NCBI GenBank assembly: GCA_049840815.1
Contig: JASGJI010000012.1
Coordinates: 168,157-232,156 of the forward strand
Direction of reading: 5' to 3'
Length of the DNA stretch: 64,000 nucleotides
Origin: Thermomicrobiales bacterium
Lineage (GTDB): Bacteria; Chloroflexota; Chloroflexia; Thermomicrobiales; UBA6265
Below, piece after piece: positions 20,648 through 29,947 of this stretch. Numbering within the stretch: position 1 is the stretch's first letter; each line of letters opens with the position of its first letter. The notes below the pieces were generated by a model. The model worked only from the letters and a program-made list of their open reading frames with translations. It did not search any database and was not told where the DNA came from. The translations under genes and the position numbers were made by a program.

Positions 20648-23600
20648 ATGCGCATCACCAGCGCGAGGGTGGGTCGTTCTCCTTGGTTCCGATTCGGCAT
20701 ATCGCGACATCCCGCGCCCTCCCGGAGCGCACCCGCGCTGATCGGGATGCTGATGGCGATGGTGATGATCGCGGGACCGTTCGCCAGTGTCGAGCTTCGC
20801 GATCCCTGCTGGGGCCGCTCCCGAATCGAGCGAGGATGCAAACTCGATGCAGGCTCAGTCCGGCCTGAGCTATCGCGTCTTCGCAACACGCGAAGGACTG
20901 GTCGGCGATCACACATCGAACGGCCATATCATCACCCCGTGGGACTATTTCGTGTCCCTCCCCTCCTGTACCAATACGAGTTGCCCCGGCGCTTCTCCTG
21001 GCCGCGCTGGCTATACCTATTGCGGATCGCTATGTTACGTCAAGGTAACTAACCCCGCGACAGGAGCCTGCCGCACCGAACCCCTGATCGAAGTGGGACC
21101 GTGGTTCACCGTCGATGACTGGTGGAACCCCGCTGAAGTCCGTTTCCTGAACAAGCTGCCCTCGAACCGCCAGGTCCTGCCGCAGGGCATGCCTGGGGCA
21201 CAGGCCGCATGGGAGGGCAAGAACGTCGGCTATGGCTGGGGCTCGAACGGGATCGGCGGCAGCGATTTCTACTCCAGCGTTGGCAACCCCGCTGCCATCG
21301 ACCTGGCAGACGGGACGTACTGGTCGCTCGATATCGGCGGCATCGTCGGGAACTGGGTCGACGTGGAGATGCTGTGGCAGACGGGAGAGAGTCCTTCCGC
21401 CGCGGCTGCCGGATGCGGGCATCGGTTAGGTCGGGGCGGCGGCGCGGTGCCGAAGTGGACGCCGACCCCCGTGACCCCGACACCAACCATCCCGCTCGTG
21501 TCGTGGGGCACCGCGAAGGTTACCGGGACGGGAGGCTCCGGCCTCAATTGCCGAACCGCGCCAAGCGGATCGGGCACCGTGATCGCCGTCCTCCCGGAGG
21601 GCGCGACCGTCACCTTGCGTGGACCGGCGTCCAGTGGCTGGTATCCGGTGATCTGCGGCGGCATGGCGGGCTACGCCTCCGCGAGCTATCTCACCACCAC
21701 CGCGACACCGACGCCCACCGGCACGGCTACCAGGACGACAACGCCAACCGTGACAACCACCGTGACCCCGACCCTCACCGGCACGGCGAGCGTGACGACG
21801 ACGCCAACGGACCACACACCACCCACCCCCCACGCCACCCGCCAACCGGCACGACGACGCCAACCGGCACGACGACAGAGACCATCACGCCAACGCAGAT
21901 GCCAACCGGTACGACGACGGAGACCATCACGCCAACGCAATGCGGCAACAGGTACCGTGACACCATCGGCGACCGCGACGCAGACAGCCTCGATCCCGCC
22001 CACCGCGACCAGCACCGGGACGGCGACACAACCTGCCTCCGCGACCCCAACCGCCAGCATCCGCCCGACGCAGACTGCCACGTCCGGCCCGGCGAACTGG
22101 GGCACTGGTACCGTCACCAATACCGGTGGGGCAGGAGTCAATTGCCGTCTCGGCCCATCGACGGCGAACGGGGTCATCACCGTGCTGACCGAAGGCACGC
22201 GCGTGCAGCTGACCGGTCCCGCGGCGAATGGATGGCAACCGGTCGTCTGTGGCGGCAAGCAAGGGTACGTGTCGACGACCTATATGACGAGTGTCGCCTT
22301 CACGCCAACCCCAGCCCCGACCGCGACCAGGACGCCGACCGTGAGTGTCCCGACCGCAACGTCCACGCCTACTCGGACGGCCACGGCCAGCACGACTACC
22401 ACGCCAACCGCCAGTATCCAGCCGACGCAGACGCGTACGGCGACCGTCAACGCTTCGGCCACCGCATCCGCAACTACGACGAATGCCGCCACCGCCACTC
22501 CGGGACTGGCCAACTGGGGAACAGGCACCGTCCGGAACACGGGGGGCGCTGGCGTCAATTGCCGCACCGCCCCGAACACATCCGCGAGCATCATTCGGGC
22601 ATTGCCCGATGGCGCAACCGTGCAGCTGACCGGCCCGGCGTCCGGTGGCTGGCAACCCGTAGTCTGTAGCGAACGCCAAGGATATATCTCAGCCCAATAC
22701 CTCGGGACAGTGCAGTTCACACCGACACCCGTGCCGACCCTCAGCGGCGCCCTCGCGAATGAACAAACGTCCACCCCCACCACGGCCCTCTCGCCCATGG
22801 CGTCAATGGAGGCAACGGGCACGGCCAGTCCTTCGCCCACACCGCCACCTGCGGTGACACAGACGCCGGAATCGGCCTTAGTGACCGCAGAAGCCTCGCC
22901 GACACCGGGCGCCAGTCCTGAAGGCCCGTCGCCCACGCTCGTCGCCCCCGATCCGGAGATCCCGACCCCAACGTTGCCGCCTCCACCACCCACCGAGGAA
23001 GTCATCACGACGACGTACGTCGCGTGGACAGGCGGGCAAGGGCTGGCGTGCATGTCCGCCCCATCGTGGGAGAGCGACCTCATGTCAGTCCTCCCGGATG
23101 GGACGGAGGTCGCACAGATTGGCAACCCGGTCGATGGCTGGCAACTGGTCGCCTGTGGAGACGGTCGAGGATATGTCGACCCGGGGTATCTCTCACCCGT
23201 CCCGGTCACGCCGGAACCGACCGAGCCGCCGGTCGTCGCGGAAAGAACCCACGGGAACCGCCCCTCGACGTCGAAGCGGCCGTACCGCAGACGTTCACCT
23301 TCTACCCAGTCGCCGAAACGAGCATCCTCCGTACGTCCTCGGATGTCCCGCAGAGCGGAGTGGCCGGAACGTCACTCACGCTCGGTGGTCCGGAAGGCGG
23401 GGTCGTCGCCGTGACCTTCCAGATCTCCGGCATCGCTGATGGCACGGTTGTGGATGCCACGCTCCTCATCACCGGAGCCGGTGAGGCATCCGGTCCCGGC
23501 GGCAGCGTGCTTGCCGCGCCGGGCGGAGCCATCGATCCGTGGACCGTGACGGCAAGCGGGATCGATGCCCTCGGCGGCTGGTCCGTCGCCTGGCTCGATG

Positions 23601-23761
23601 CCGTCTCGCCGGGCGTCCAGTCATCGGTGGACGTGACGGGCGTGGTGGCGAACGGGACGATCACGTTCATCCTGGCCGGCACCGAAGCGCCGGTCTCGAT
23701 CGCAGGATCGGGCATTGGTTCCGGGCCGGTCCTGATCGTGATCGCCCAGCCCGGCACCTGA
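20648..23761 (+). pseudogene. secreted wall-associated modular protein (signal peptide, RlpA-like DPBB-like domain, 4 x SH3b, C-terminal beta-rich domain); reading frame broken 4 times
   Basis: RBS GGAGG plus ATG 20648 gives MRITSARVGR...ALIGMLMAMVMIAGPFAS. The body is track ORF 20787..23414 and the tail is the last ~165 codons of ORF 23024..23761. SH3b repeats lie at about 21500-21700, 22090-22290, 22510-22710 and 23010-23200. Frame breaks are near 20787, 21826-21831, 21939 and 23261-23264, and the total span is 3n. Confidence 0.75.
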
Positions 23762-23770
23762 CGACACGTC

Positions 23771-23831
23771 GAAGCCAGACACCACAAAGCCGGTCGAGTG
23801 AATCGACCGGCTTTGTGGTGTCTGGCTTCGT
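23771..23831. terminator. bidirectional terminator: 28-bp perfect stem, 5-nt loop
   Basis: CGAAGCCAGACACCACAAAGCCGGTCGA gtgaa TCGACCGGCTTTGTGGTGTCTGGCTTCG, between convergent genes. Confidence 0.8.
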
Positions 23832-23849
23832 TCGCGTACGCGGCGGAGC

Positions 23850-24122
23850 TTACTCGACGGCGCGCTTCAGCTGCGTGCCAGGCCGGAACACCGGGCTCTT
23901 GCGCGCGGCGATCTTGATCTCCTCGCCCGTCTGCGGGTTGCGGCCGGAGCGAGCGGACCGCTCGACAACCTTGAAGGACCCGAAGCCGCTCAGCGTCACC
24001 TCATCACCCTTGGCCAGCGCGCTCTCGATCGCATCGAACACCGCATTGACAGCCTTGGTGGCCTGCGCCTCACTCGTTTCGGTGGCTTCCGCAACGGCAC
24101 GCACCAGTTCCTGCTTTCGCAT
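23850..24122 (-). CDS. hup: DNA-binding protein HU
   Basis: MRKQELVRAVAEATETSEAQATKAVNAVFDAIESALAKGDEVTLSGFGSFKVVERSARSGRNPQTGEEIKIAARKSPVFRPG. RBS AAGGAG is 9 nt upstream. Confidence 0.95.
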   Translation of the reverse strand: MRKQELVRAVAEATETSEAQATKAVNAVFDAIESALAKGDEVTLSGFGSFKVVERSARSGRNPQTGEEIKIAARKSPVFRPGTQLKRAVE

Positions 24123-24264
24123 CGATTTCATCTCCTTCGACTGCCCCCGGCGCTCAAACGCTGCCGTCGGGCTACTGCTTCGCTCACGGTTGCGCATGCG
24201 GCGTTCCGCCGCGTTCGGTGGGCTACGATACCACACTCCACGAGGACTTCGACGGATGGTGCGA

Positions 24265-25122
24265 TCAGGCAAGGATCGTCGCCCGCCGCTGGCGCGCGGC
24301 CTCGAAGACCATCAGCGACCCCGCGACCGCCGCGTTCAGGCTCTCCACCCCATGCGCCAGCGGGATTCGCACCCGCACGGTAGCGAGTTCCCGAACGGCA
24401 TCGGATGCACCTGCGGCCTCGCCTCCGACGATGATAGCGCTGGAACCCGTCCAGTCCACATTATCGTAGGCACACTCACCATCCGCTTCTGCCAATCCCG
24501 TGACATGATACGAGGATAGTACATTCGCAAGACCATCGGTATCGATGCTCGAGAAACTAACCCGAAAGTGGCATCCCATCGCCGCCCGAACAACCTTTGG
24601 ATTGTAAGGATCAACCGAGTCATCGGCTAGGAAAACATGGTCCACACCGGCTCCGGCGGCGGACCGGAACAGCGTTCCGAGATTCCCGGGATCGCGCACC
24701 CCGGCGGCCACCATCACCAGCGGCGCAGCGAGCGCATCCAGACGCTCCAGCGACGCCTCCAGCATAGGCACCACGGCCAGAATCCCTTGAGGATGGGGGA
24801 CATCGGAGAGCGAGGCGAACACGGCTTCGTCGGCGATGCGCACGCGCAGACGGGAGGATTCGGGGATTGTTGGCAGCAACCGATCCGCAACATCCTCCCG
24901 GAGGACGATGTGACGAGCCTCGATCCCGGAGGCGAAGACGTCCTCAACGAGCCGTGCGCCCTCCACGACAAACGCCCGCTCCTGGTAGCGCTTGCGGCGC
25001 TGCTGGAGCGAGCGTATGTCCTTGATCAGGGGATTCGCCTGGCTGCGGATCGGCTCAAGGCTGAGCCGATCCGCATTCCCGACGCCTCGGTGACGGATAC
25101 CGGCGCGATCGTCAGGCGTCAC
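24265..25122 (-). CDS. TrmH/SpoU-family RNA 2'-O-methyltransferase
   Basis: SpoU_sub_bind plus SpoU_methylase pattern (...RDPGNLGTLFRSAAGAG...IVGGEAAGAS...RIPLAHGVESLNAAVAGSLMVFE). The GTG 25122 start was chosen to avoid rplT and is uncertain. Confidence 0.8.
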   Translation of the reverse strand: MTPDDRAGIRHRGVGNADRLSLEPIRSQANPLIKDIRSLQQRRKRYQERAFVVEGARLVEDVFASGIEARHIVLREDVADRLLPTIPESSRLRVRIADEAVFASLSDVPHPQGILAVVPMLEASLERLDALAAPLVMVAAGVRDPGNLGTLFRSAAGAGVDHVFLADDSVDPYNPKVVRAAMGCHFRVSFSSIDTDGLANVLSSYHVTGLAEADGECAYDNVDWTGSSAIIVGGEAAGASDAVRELATVRVRIPLAHGVESLNAAVAGSLMVFEAARQRRATILA

Positions 25123-25129
25123 GCTGCGA

Positions 25130-25495
25130 TCAGGCGGCAGCGGGCAGCGCGCCCTTCGCCACATCGGCGATGGCGGCGAAGGCAGCCTCATCACGCACCG
25201 CGAGATCGGCGAGGATCTTGCGGTCCACCTCGACCCCGGCCAGGTTCAGGCCGTGGATGAGCTGGCTGTACGGGAGCCCGTTCAGGCGGCTGGCGGCGTT
25301 GATGCGCTGAATCCACAGGCGGCGCATATCGCGCTTGCGGTTGCGGCGGTCGCGATACGCATACTGCAAGGAACGCATCATCGACTCATGCGCTCGCTTG
25401 TAGAGGCGATTGCGGGTGCCGCGATGCCCCTTCACCTGAAGAATGACCTTTCGGTGCCGCCGATGGGCCGCCACACCGCGCTTGACTCGTGCCAT
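25130..25495 (-). CDS. rplT: 50S ribosomal protein L20
   Basis: [68 protein letters not shown]. Confidence 0.97.
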   Translation of the reverse strand: MARVKRGVAAHRRHRKVILQVKGHRGTRNRLYKRAHESMMRSLQYAYRDRRNRKRDMRRLWIQRINAASRLNGLPYSQLIHGLNLAGVEVDRKILADLAVRDEAAFAAIADVAKGALPAAA

Positions 25496-25563
25496 GTTCC
25501 GTTTTCCTTCGATACTTCTACGTCAGCCCGCCGGAGCACCATGCAACCGGCCAGGCGATCGAT

Positions 25564-25791
25564 CTACTTGAGGCCGTAAGGAAGCATCAGCTTCACGCCC
25601 TTGGCGTTTGTGGAATCCATCTCCTGCATGCGGTCGAGCTGACGCAGCACGCGGGGAGACTTCTTGCGACGATTGTGGCTCTTCATGCCCTTGGCGTGCA
25701 TGATCTTGCCCGTCGCCGTGATCGAGAACCGGCGCTTCGCACCCTTGTGCGTCTTGAGTTTGACCTTGGTACCGGACTTCATTCTAGCCAT
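25564..25791 (-). CDS. rpmI: 50S ribosomal protein L35
   Basis: MARMKSGTKVKLKTHKGAKRRFSITATGKIMHAKGMKSHN. The alternative start at 25782 lies 1 nt after the infC stop. Confidence 0.9.
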   Translation of the reverse strand: MARMKSGTKVKLKTHKGAKRRFSITATGKIMHAKGMKSHNRRKKSPRVLRQLDRMQEMDSTNAKGVKLMLPYGLK

Positions 25792-26347
25792 TGTCTGTCG
25801 AATCCTCTCTGCGCTCACTCGTTGCCGCGCGGACACGGGCGGGGGCGAGATACATCGTCATCGTCCTCCCCTCCATACGCGGTGTCTGCTCAACGGTTGC
25901 GACGTCCTTCAGCTGTTCCTGGAGCTGGTCCAGCAACTCGCGTCCCAATTCCGGGTGGGTGATCGACCGACCCCGGAACAGCACGCTGAGCTTGACCTTG
26001 TCCCCGGATTCGAGGAACCGCGCAGCCTGCCGACCCTTGGTCTCCAGATCGTGATCGCCGATCTTCGGTTCGATCCGAACTTCCTTGACCCGGGTGACGT
26101 GCTGGCTCTTGCGCGATTCGCGCTCCTTGCGGCTCTGCTCGTACCGGAACTTGCCGTAGTCCATCAATCGGCAGACCGGGGGCACCGCGTTCGGCGCAAC
26201 CTCCACGAGGTCCAAGCCACGTTCGCGCGCCATCTCCAGCGCCTCACGGGTTGGGATGATCCCGATCTGGTTCCCCTGATCGTCGATAAGTCGTACCTCG
26301 CGGATGCGAATTCGCTCGTTTACGCGAGTCTGCACTGGTCGAGAAAT
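25784..26347 (-). CDS. infC: translation initiation factor IF-3, ATT start codon
   Basis: AGGAGG, 6 nt, ATT (26347), then ISRPVQTRVNERIRIREVRLIDDQGNQIGIIPTREALEMARERGLDLVEV.... The span is 564 nt, in frame with the stop at 25784. Confidence 0.9.
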   Translation of the reverse strand: MSRPVQTRVNERIRIREVRLIDDQGNQIGIIPTREALEMARERGLDLVEVAPNAVPPVCRLMDYGKFRYEQSRKERESRKSQHVTRVKEVRIEPKIGDHDLETKGRQAARFLESGDKVKLSVLFRGRSITHPELGRELLDQLQEQLKDVATVEQTPRMEGRTMTMYLAPARVRAATSERREDSTDNG

Positions 26348-26388
26348 AGCTTGCCTCCTGAACTGCTGGCGGTGCATGGCGGACATAC

Positions 26389-26410
26389 AAAAAAGCCGGT
26401 ACGAATACCG
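26389..26410 (-). terminator. terminator/attenuator-like hairpin + U-tract between ribF and infC
   Basis: The minus strand reads CGGTAttcgTACCGG followed by CTTTTTTGT, about 45 nt upstream of the infC start. Confidence 0.5.
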
Positions 26411-26462
26411 ACGTTTCGCCAGCGACAACGCCGAACAAGAATACCATGAGACTGCTCCGGGA

Positions 26463-27455
26463 TCAAACCCCGGGCGTCTGCTCGGTCACTTGTCCAGCGT
26501 GCCGCGCGAAACGCTCACTCCCCTCGTCTGCAAGCACAGCGCGTGCCCGCAGCGCGTCGTCTGCCAGATGCTCCAGCAAGATATCCAGCCCATCGAAGTG
26601 CTGGTCTGGCCGCAGGAACGAAACGAACTCGCTCCGCAGCCGCTTTCCATACAGATCGGCGTCGAAATCGAAGATGTGCGTCTCCACGACGCGCTCCCCG
26701 GTATTCAGCACCGGTCGTGTCCCGATATAGGTCATCGCGGCCAGAGGCCCCGGCACTCCATCAATCCATGCCCACGACGCATAGCTCCCGTCCGCAGGCT
26801 TGACGATGTCCGGAGGCAACGGCACGTTCGCCGTAGGATAGCCGATCGTGCGTCCGACCTGATCGCCCCGGACCACCGGCCCGGTAATCGCGAACGGATA
26901 CCCGAGCAGCCGGTTTGCCTCCCGCACATCCCCGGCGAGGATGCGCTCGCGGATGGCGCTGCTGCTAACGGTCAGTCCATCGAAATCGACCCGGACAATG
27001 GCTTCGACCACCACCCCAAGCTCCACCCCGATCCGGCGCAGCGTGGCGACATCGCCCGCACGCTTGTGGCCGAGGGCGAAATCCTCACCGACCCACAGCT
27101 CACGGACTCCGGAAGCGGCGAGGCGGGCGAGAAACTCCTCCGGCGTCTGCCGGGCGAGCTCGTGCGTGAACGGTAGAACCAGCACCCGGTCGACCCCGGC
27201 CTCCAGGATCATCCGCGCCCGATCGTCATTCGAGGCGAGCCGCCCGCGGAAACGATCCGGCGCGAAGAGTTGAACCGGCGTCGGCTCGAACGTCACGACC
27301 AGCGATTCCACACCAAGCGCGCGAGCCCGTCCGACCAGCAAGCCGAGCAGGTGACGGTGTCCACGGTGGACGCCATCGAACGTGCCGATGCTGGCGATAC
27401 GAGCCGTATCAGGAAGCTCCTCGAAGCGGGAGACGATGACCGAATCCTGGTTCAC
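26463..27455 (-). CDS. ribF: bifunctional riboflavin kinase / FMN adenylyltransferase
   Basis: IGTFDGVHRGHRHLL..., GYPTANV and a C-terminal riboflavin kinase domain. The GTG start overlaps the truB stop (GTGA). Confidence 0.9.
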   Translation of the reverse strand: MNQDSVIVSRFEELPDTARIASIGTFDGVHRGHRHLLGLLVGRARALGVESLVVTFEPTPVQLFAPDRFRGRLASNDDRARMILEAGVDRVLVLPFTHELARQTPEEFLARLAASGVRELWVGEDFALGHKRAGDVATLRRIGVELGVVVEAIVRVDFDGLTVSSSAIRERILAGDVREANRLLGYPFAITGPVVRGDQVGRTIGYPTANVPLPPDIVKPADGSYASWAWIDGVPGPLAAMTYIGTRPVLNTGERVVETHIFDFDADLYGKRLRSEFVSFLRPDQHFDGLDILLEHLADDALRARAVLADEGSERFARHAGQVTEQTPGV

Positions 27456-28396
27456 GCTGACTTTTCCTGCTCGCTTGCCGACCGATCGAGGCCATCCAGA
27501 TCGACGACCTTGGCTGGCTGGATCGATTCGCCGTCGCTGACGCCCACACCGACCCAAATGCCGCTGCTATCGTACACGCGAACGCTCCCCGCCGCCGCCC
27601 GAACGGGCAGCACCTTGCCCTGGAACCACCAGACGCGCTGCTCCGGCGTCACCACCAGTGCCGGAAGATGCTCCACCGCGCGATCGGGATGGGCCGCGAC
27701 CGCGTCCCACGGCTCATCCCGCAACCGCGCCTCCAGTTCATCGAGCGTCATCGCGTCAGCGAGGGTGAACGGCCCGGTGGAGGTCCGCACGAGATTCGAG
27801 AGATACGCTCCCGTCCCCACCAGCTCGCCGAGGTCACGCGCGATGGAACGCACGTAGGTACCCTTGGAACAGGTGATGTCCACTGTCGCGATGGGGTGTT
27901 CCCAGGTCACAAGGTCAATCGCGTGGATCACGATCGCGCGCGCAGGAATCTCCACCTCCGCCTCGATTCCGGCATGCGCAAGCTCGTAGAGCCGCTTGCC
28001 ATCGATCTGGACAGCGGAATGGAGCGGCGGCACCTGCATCTGCGGTCCCCGGAAGGACGCCAACGCAGCCTCCACCATCTCCCGCGTGAGGCCATCCGCC
28101 CCGCGCTGGGCGATGACGACGCCATCTCCGTCTGCCGAATCCGTCTCGACGCCGAAGGTGATCTCCGCGCGATACGCCTTCTGCGCATCGGCCAGATATT
28201 CGACCGTCCGTGTCGCGAGACCGACCGCGATCGGCAGGACTCCTACCGCCGCCGGATCGAGCGTCCCGGCATGCCCGACGCGGCGTTCCCGGACGATCCG
28301 GCGGACCCGCGCCACTACATCGTGACTCGTCCACCCACCGGGCTTGTCGATCACGATGTACCCATGCCTGGTTGCGGAGCGCCGATTCTTCGCCAT
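27452..28396 (-). CDS. truB: tRNA pseudouridine-55 synthase
   Basis: MAKNRRSATRHGYIVIDKPGGWTSHDVVARVRRIVRERRVGHAGTLDPAAVGVLPIAVG. Confidence 0.93.
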   Translation of the reverse strand: MAKNRRSATRHGYIVIDKPGGWTSHDVVARVRRIVRERRVGHAGTLDPAAVGVLPIAVGLATRTVEYLADAQKAYRAEITFGVETDSADGDGVVIAQRGADGLTREMVEAALASFRGPQMQVPPLHSAVQIDGKRLYELAHAGIEAEVEIPARAIVIHAIDLVTWEHPIATVDITCSKGTYVRSIARDLGELVGTGAYLSNLVRTSTGPFTLADAMTLDELEARLRDEPWDAVAAHPDRAVEHLPALVVTPEQRVWWFQGKVLPVRAAAGSVRVYDSSGIWVGVGVSDGESIQPAKVVDLDGLDRSASEQEKSA

Positions 28397-28403
28397 CGGA
28401 ATG

Positions 28404-29447
28404 TCAGACCGGCTTGGCGGTGACGGGATTGACCACGCCGGACATATCGATCTCGGCGAGCAGCTCGGCGACCCGCGTGACGAAGGCCGTCCGCCCCGCA
28501 TCGCCGCCTTCGACCTGGCAGCCCGCCGCACGCGGATGCCCGCCGCCACCGAAGACGGCGCAGATCCTCGCGACATCGACCTGCGGATACATGCTGCGCA
28601 TGCTGATGCGCCAATGATCCTTCGAGCCATAAAGAATCGCCGCCGCGCGGGAGCCATCGGTCCCGAGCAGGAAGTTGACGATCCCTTCCGCCTCGCTGGT
28701 CTCCGCCCCGGCAGCTGCGAAGTCTTCTTCCGTCAAGGCGGTCCAGATCAATGAACCAGTCCATTCGATCTTGCGCAGGGCAATCCGCCACAGGCGGACG
28801 GTGCTCTGGGTCTTGATGCGAAAGAGCGCGTCCACCACCGGAGCCGGGTTGGCCCCGGCGTCCACGAGGTCGGCAGCGGTACGCATGGTCCGCGAGGTCA
28901 CGGAATCCGTGCGCAACCCGAGGGTGTCGCCGTAGATGCCCGAGAGCAGCAGTTGTGCCGTCTCCTTGTCCAGCTCCACGCCCCAGGCAGCAAGGATGTC
29001 GGCGACGATCTCCGACGCCGACGCCGCCCCCGGTTCGACGATGTTGATGACGCCGAAGCGATCGTTCGTGATGTGATGATCGATGTTCACCATCGGAACA
29101 CGCCCGTCGAGACGGGACGGATCGTCGCGGTAGAACGTCCCCACCCGGCGGAGATCGGAACTGTCGATCAGGCAGAGCACGTCGTAGTCCGGCAGCGGAT
29201 CGACACCGTAGCGCGATACCGAATCGATACCGGGCAGGAAACGCAGGGAACTGGGAAGCTCCCCATCGCTCACCAGCACCGTCGAGGCCACGCCGAATCG
29301 CCCGAGCGCACGGCTCATCGCCATCGCCGAGCAGATCGAATCGGCATCCACATGCTGATGCGTCGGCAGCAACACATGCCTCGCCCCGCGCAGCATGGCG
29401 AGCGCCGCCGCCGTATCCTCCGGATCGAGCCTCCACGATGTCGGCAT
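28404..29447 (-). CDS. nrnA: DHH/DHHA1 phosphoesterase (NrnA-type oligoribonuclease/pAp phosphatase)
   Basis: HQHVDADSICSAMAM, NIDHHITN, GGGHPRAAG. Confidence 0.85.
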   Translation of the reverse strand: MPTSWRLDPEDTAAALAMLRGARHVLLPTHQHVDADSICSAMAMSRALGRFGVASTVLVSDGELPSSLRFLPGIDSVSRYGVDPLPDYDVLCLIDSSDLRRVGTFYRDDPSRLDGRVPMVNIDHHITNDRFGVINIVEPGAASASEIVADILAAWGVELDKETAQLLLSGIYGDTLGLRTDSVTSRTMRTAADLVDAGANPAPVVDALFRIKTQSTVRLWRIALRKIEWTGSLIWTALTEEDFAAAGAETSEAEGIVNFLLGTDGSRAAAILYGSKDHWRISMRSMYPQVDVARICAVFGGGGHPRAAGCQVEGGDAGRTAFVTRVAELLAEIDMSGVVNPVTAKPV

Positions 29448-29899
29448 TACGCCTCCTCCGCCTCGTCGATGACGACCGGCGTCGGTGCCGCCACAGGATC
29501 GGCGGACCGGTCGGCATGAATCGCGCGATCACGATCCCGCACTTCGCGCAGCGCTTCGGTGATCTGCTGCGCATATTCCATCGAACGATCGTCCCGGAAC
29601 TCGAGTTCTGGGATCTGGCGCATCCGCAAGCGCGGCTTGAGGACATGCCGGATGTAGCCCGAGGCCGAACGAAGCGCGACGAGCGTCTGCTCGCGCTCCT
29701 CCTCCGTGCCCAGGACGCTGATGAAGACCCGCGCCGACCGGAGATCGGGCGGCACTTCGACGCGCGTGATGCTGAAGAACCCGATGCGCGGATCCTTCAC
29801 CTCACGGCGGATGATGTCGTCGAGTTCCTCCCGCAGGAGTTCCCCGACCTGTCGTGTTCGTCTGGTCACTGTCGTCCCGTACCTGCGACGGGGCGGCAC
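29447..29899 (-). CDS. rbfA: ribosome-binding factor A
   Basis: RRTRQVGELLREELDDIIRREVKDPRIGFFSITRVEVPPDLRSARVFISV. The stop overlaps the nrnA start (TAATG). Confidence 0.9.
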   Translation of the reverse strand: MPPRRRYGTTVTRRTRQVGELLREELDDIIRREVKDPRIGFFSITRVEVPPDLRSARVFISVLGTEEEREQTLVALRSASGYIRHVLKPRLRMRQIPELEFRDDRSMEYAQQITEALREVRDRDRAIHADRSADPVAAPTPVVIDEAEEA

Positions 29900-29947
29900 C
29901 CGGAGATGCCATCCCGTCGCGCGTCATGCGGGGTGCCGTTTCCGCCG

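Noticed and set aside
21690-22500. Periodic ACG/CCA/ACC-rich DNA considered as a possible tandem repeat or CRISPR-like array
   Set aside because: The periodicity is codon-level (Thr/Pro linkers) inside a coding region. There are no identical direct repeats with unique spacers and no cas genes.
21209-22669. 486-codon alternative-frame ORF inside the SH3b gene
   Set aside because: It gives a His/Arg/Asp-rich nonsense product, except for about 100 nt (21830-21940) where it carries the plausible Thr/Pro linker. That stretch is reported as a frame excursion, not a separate gene.
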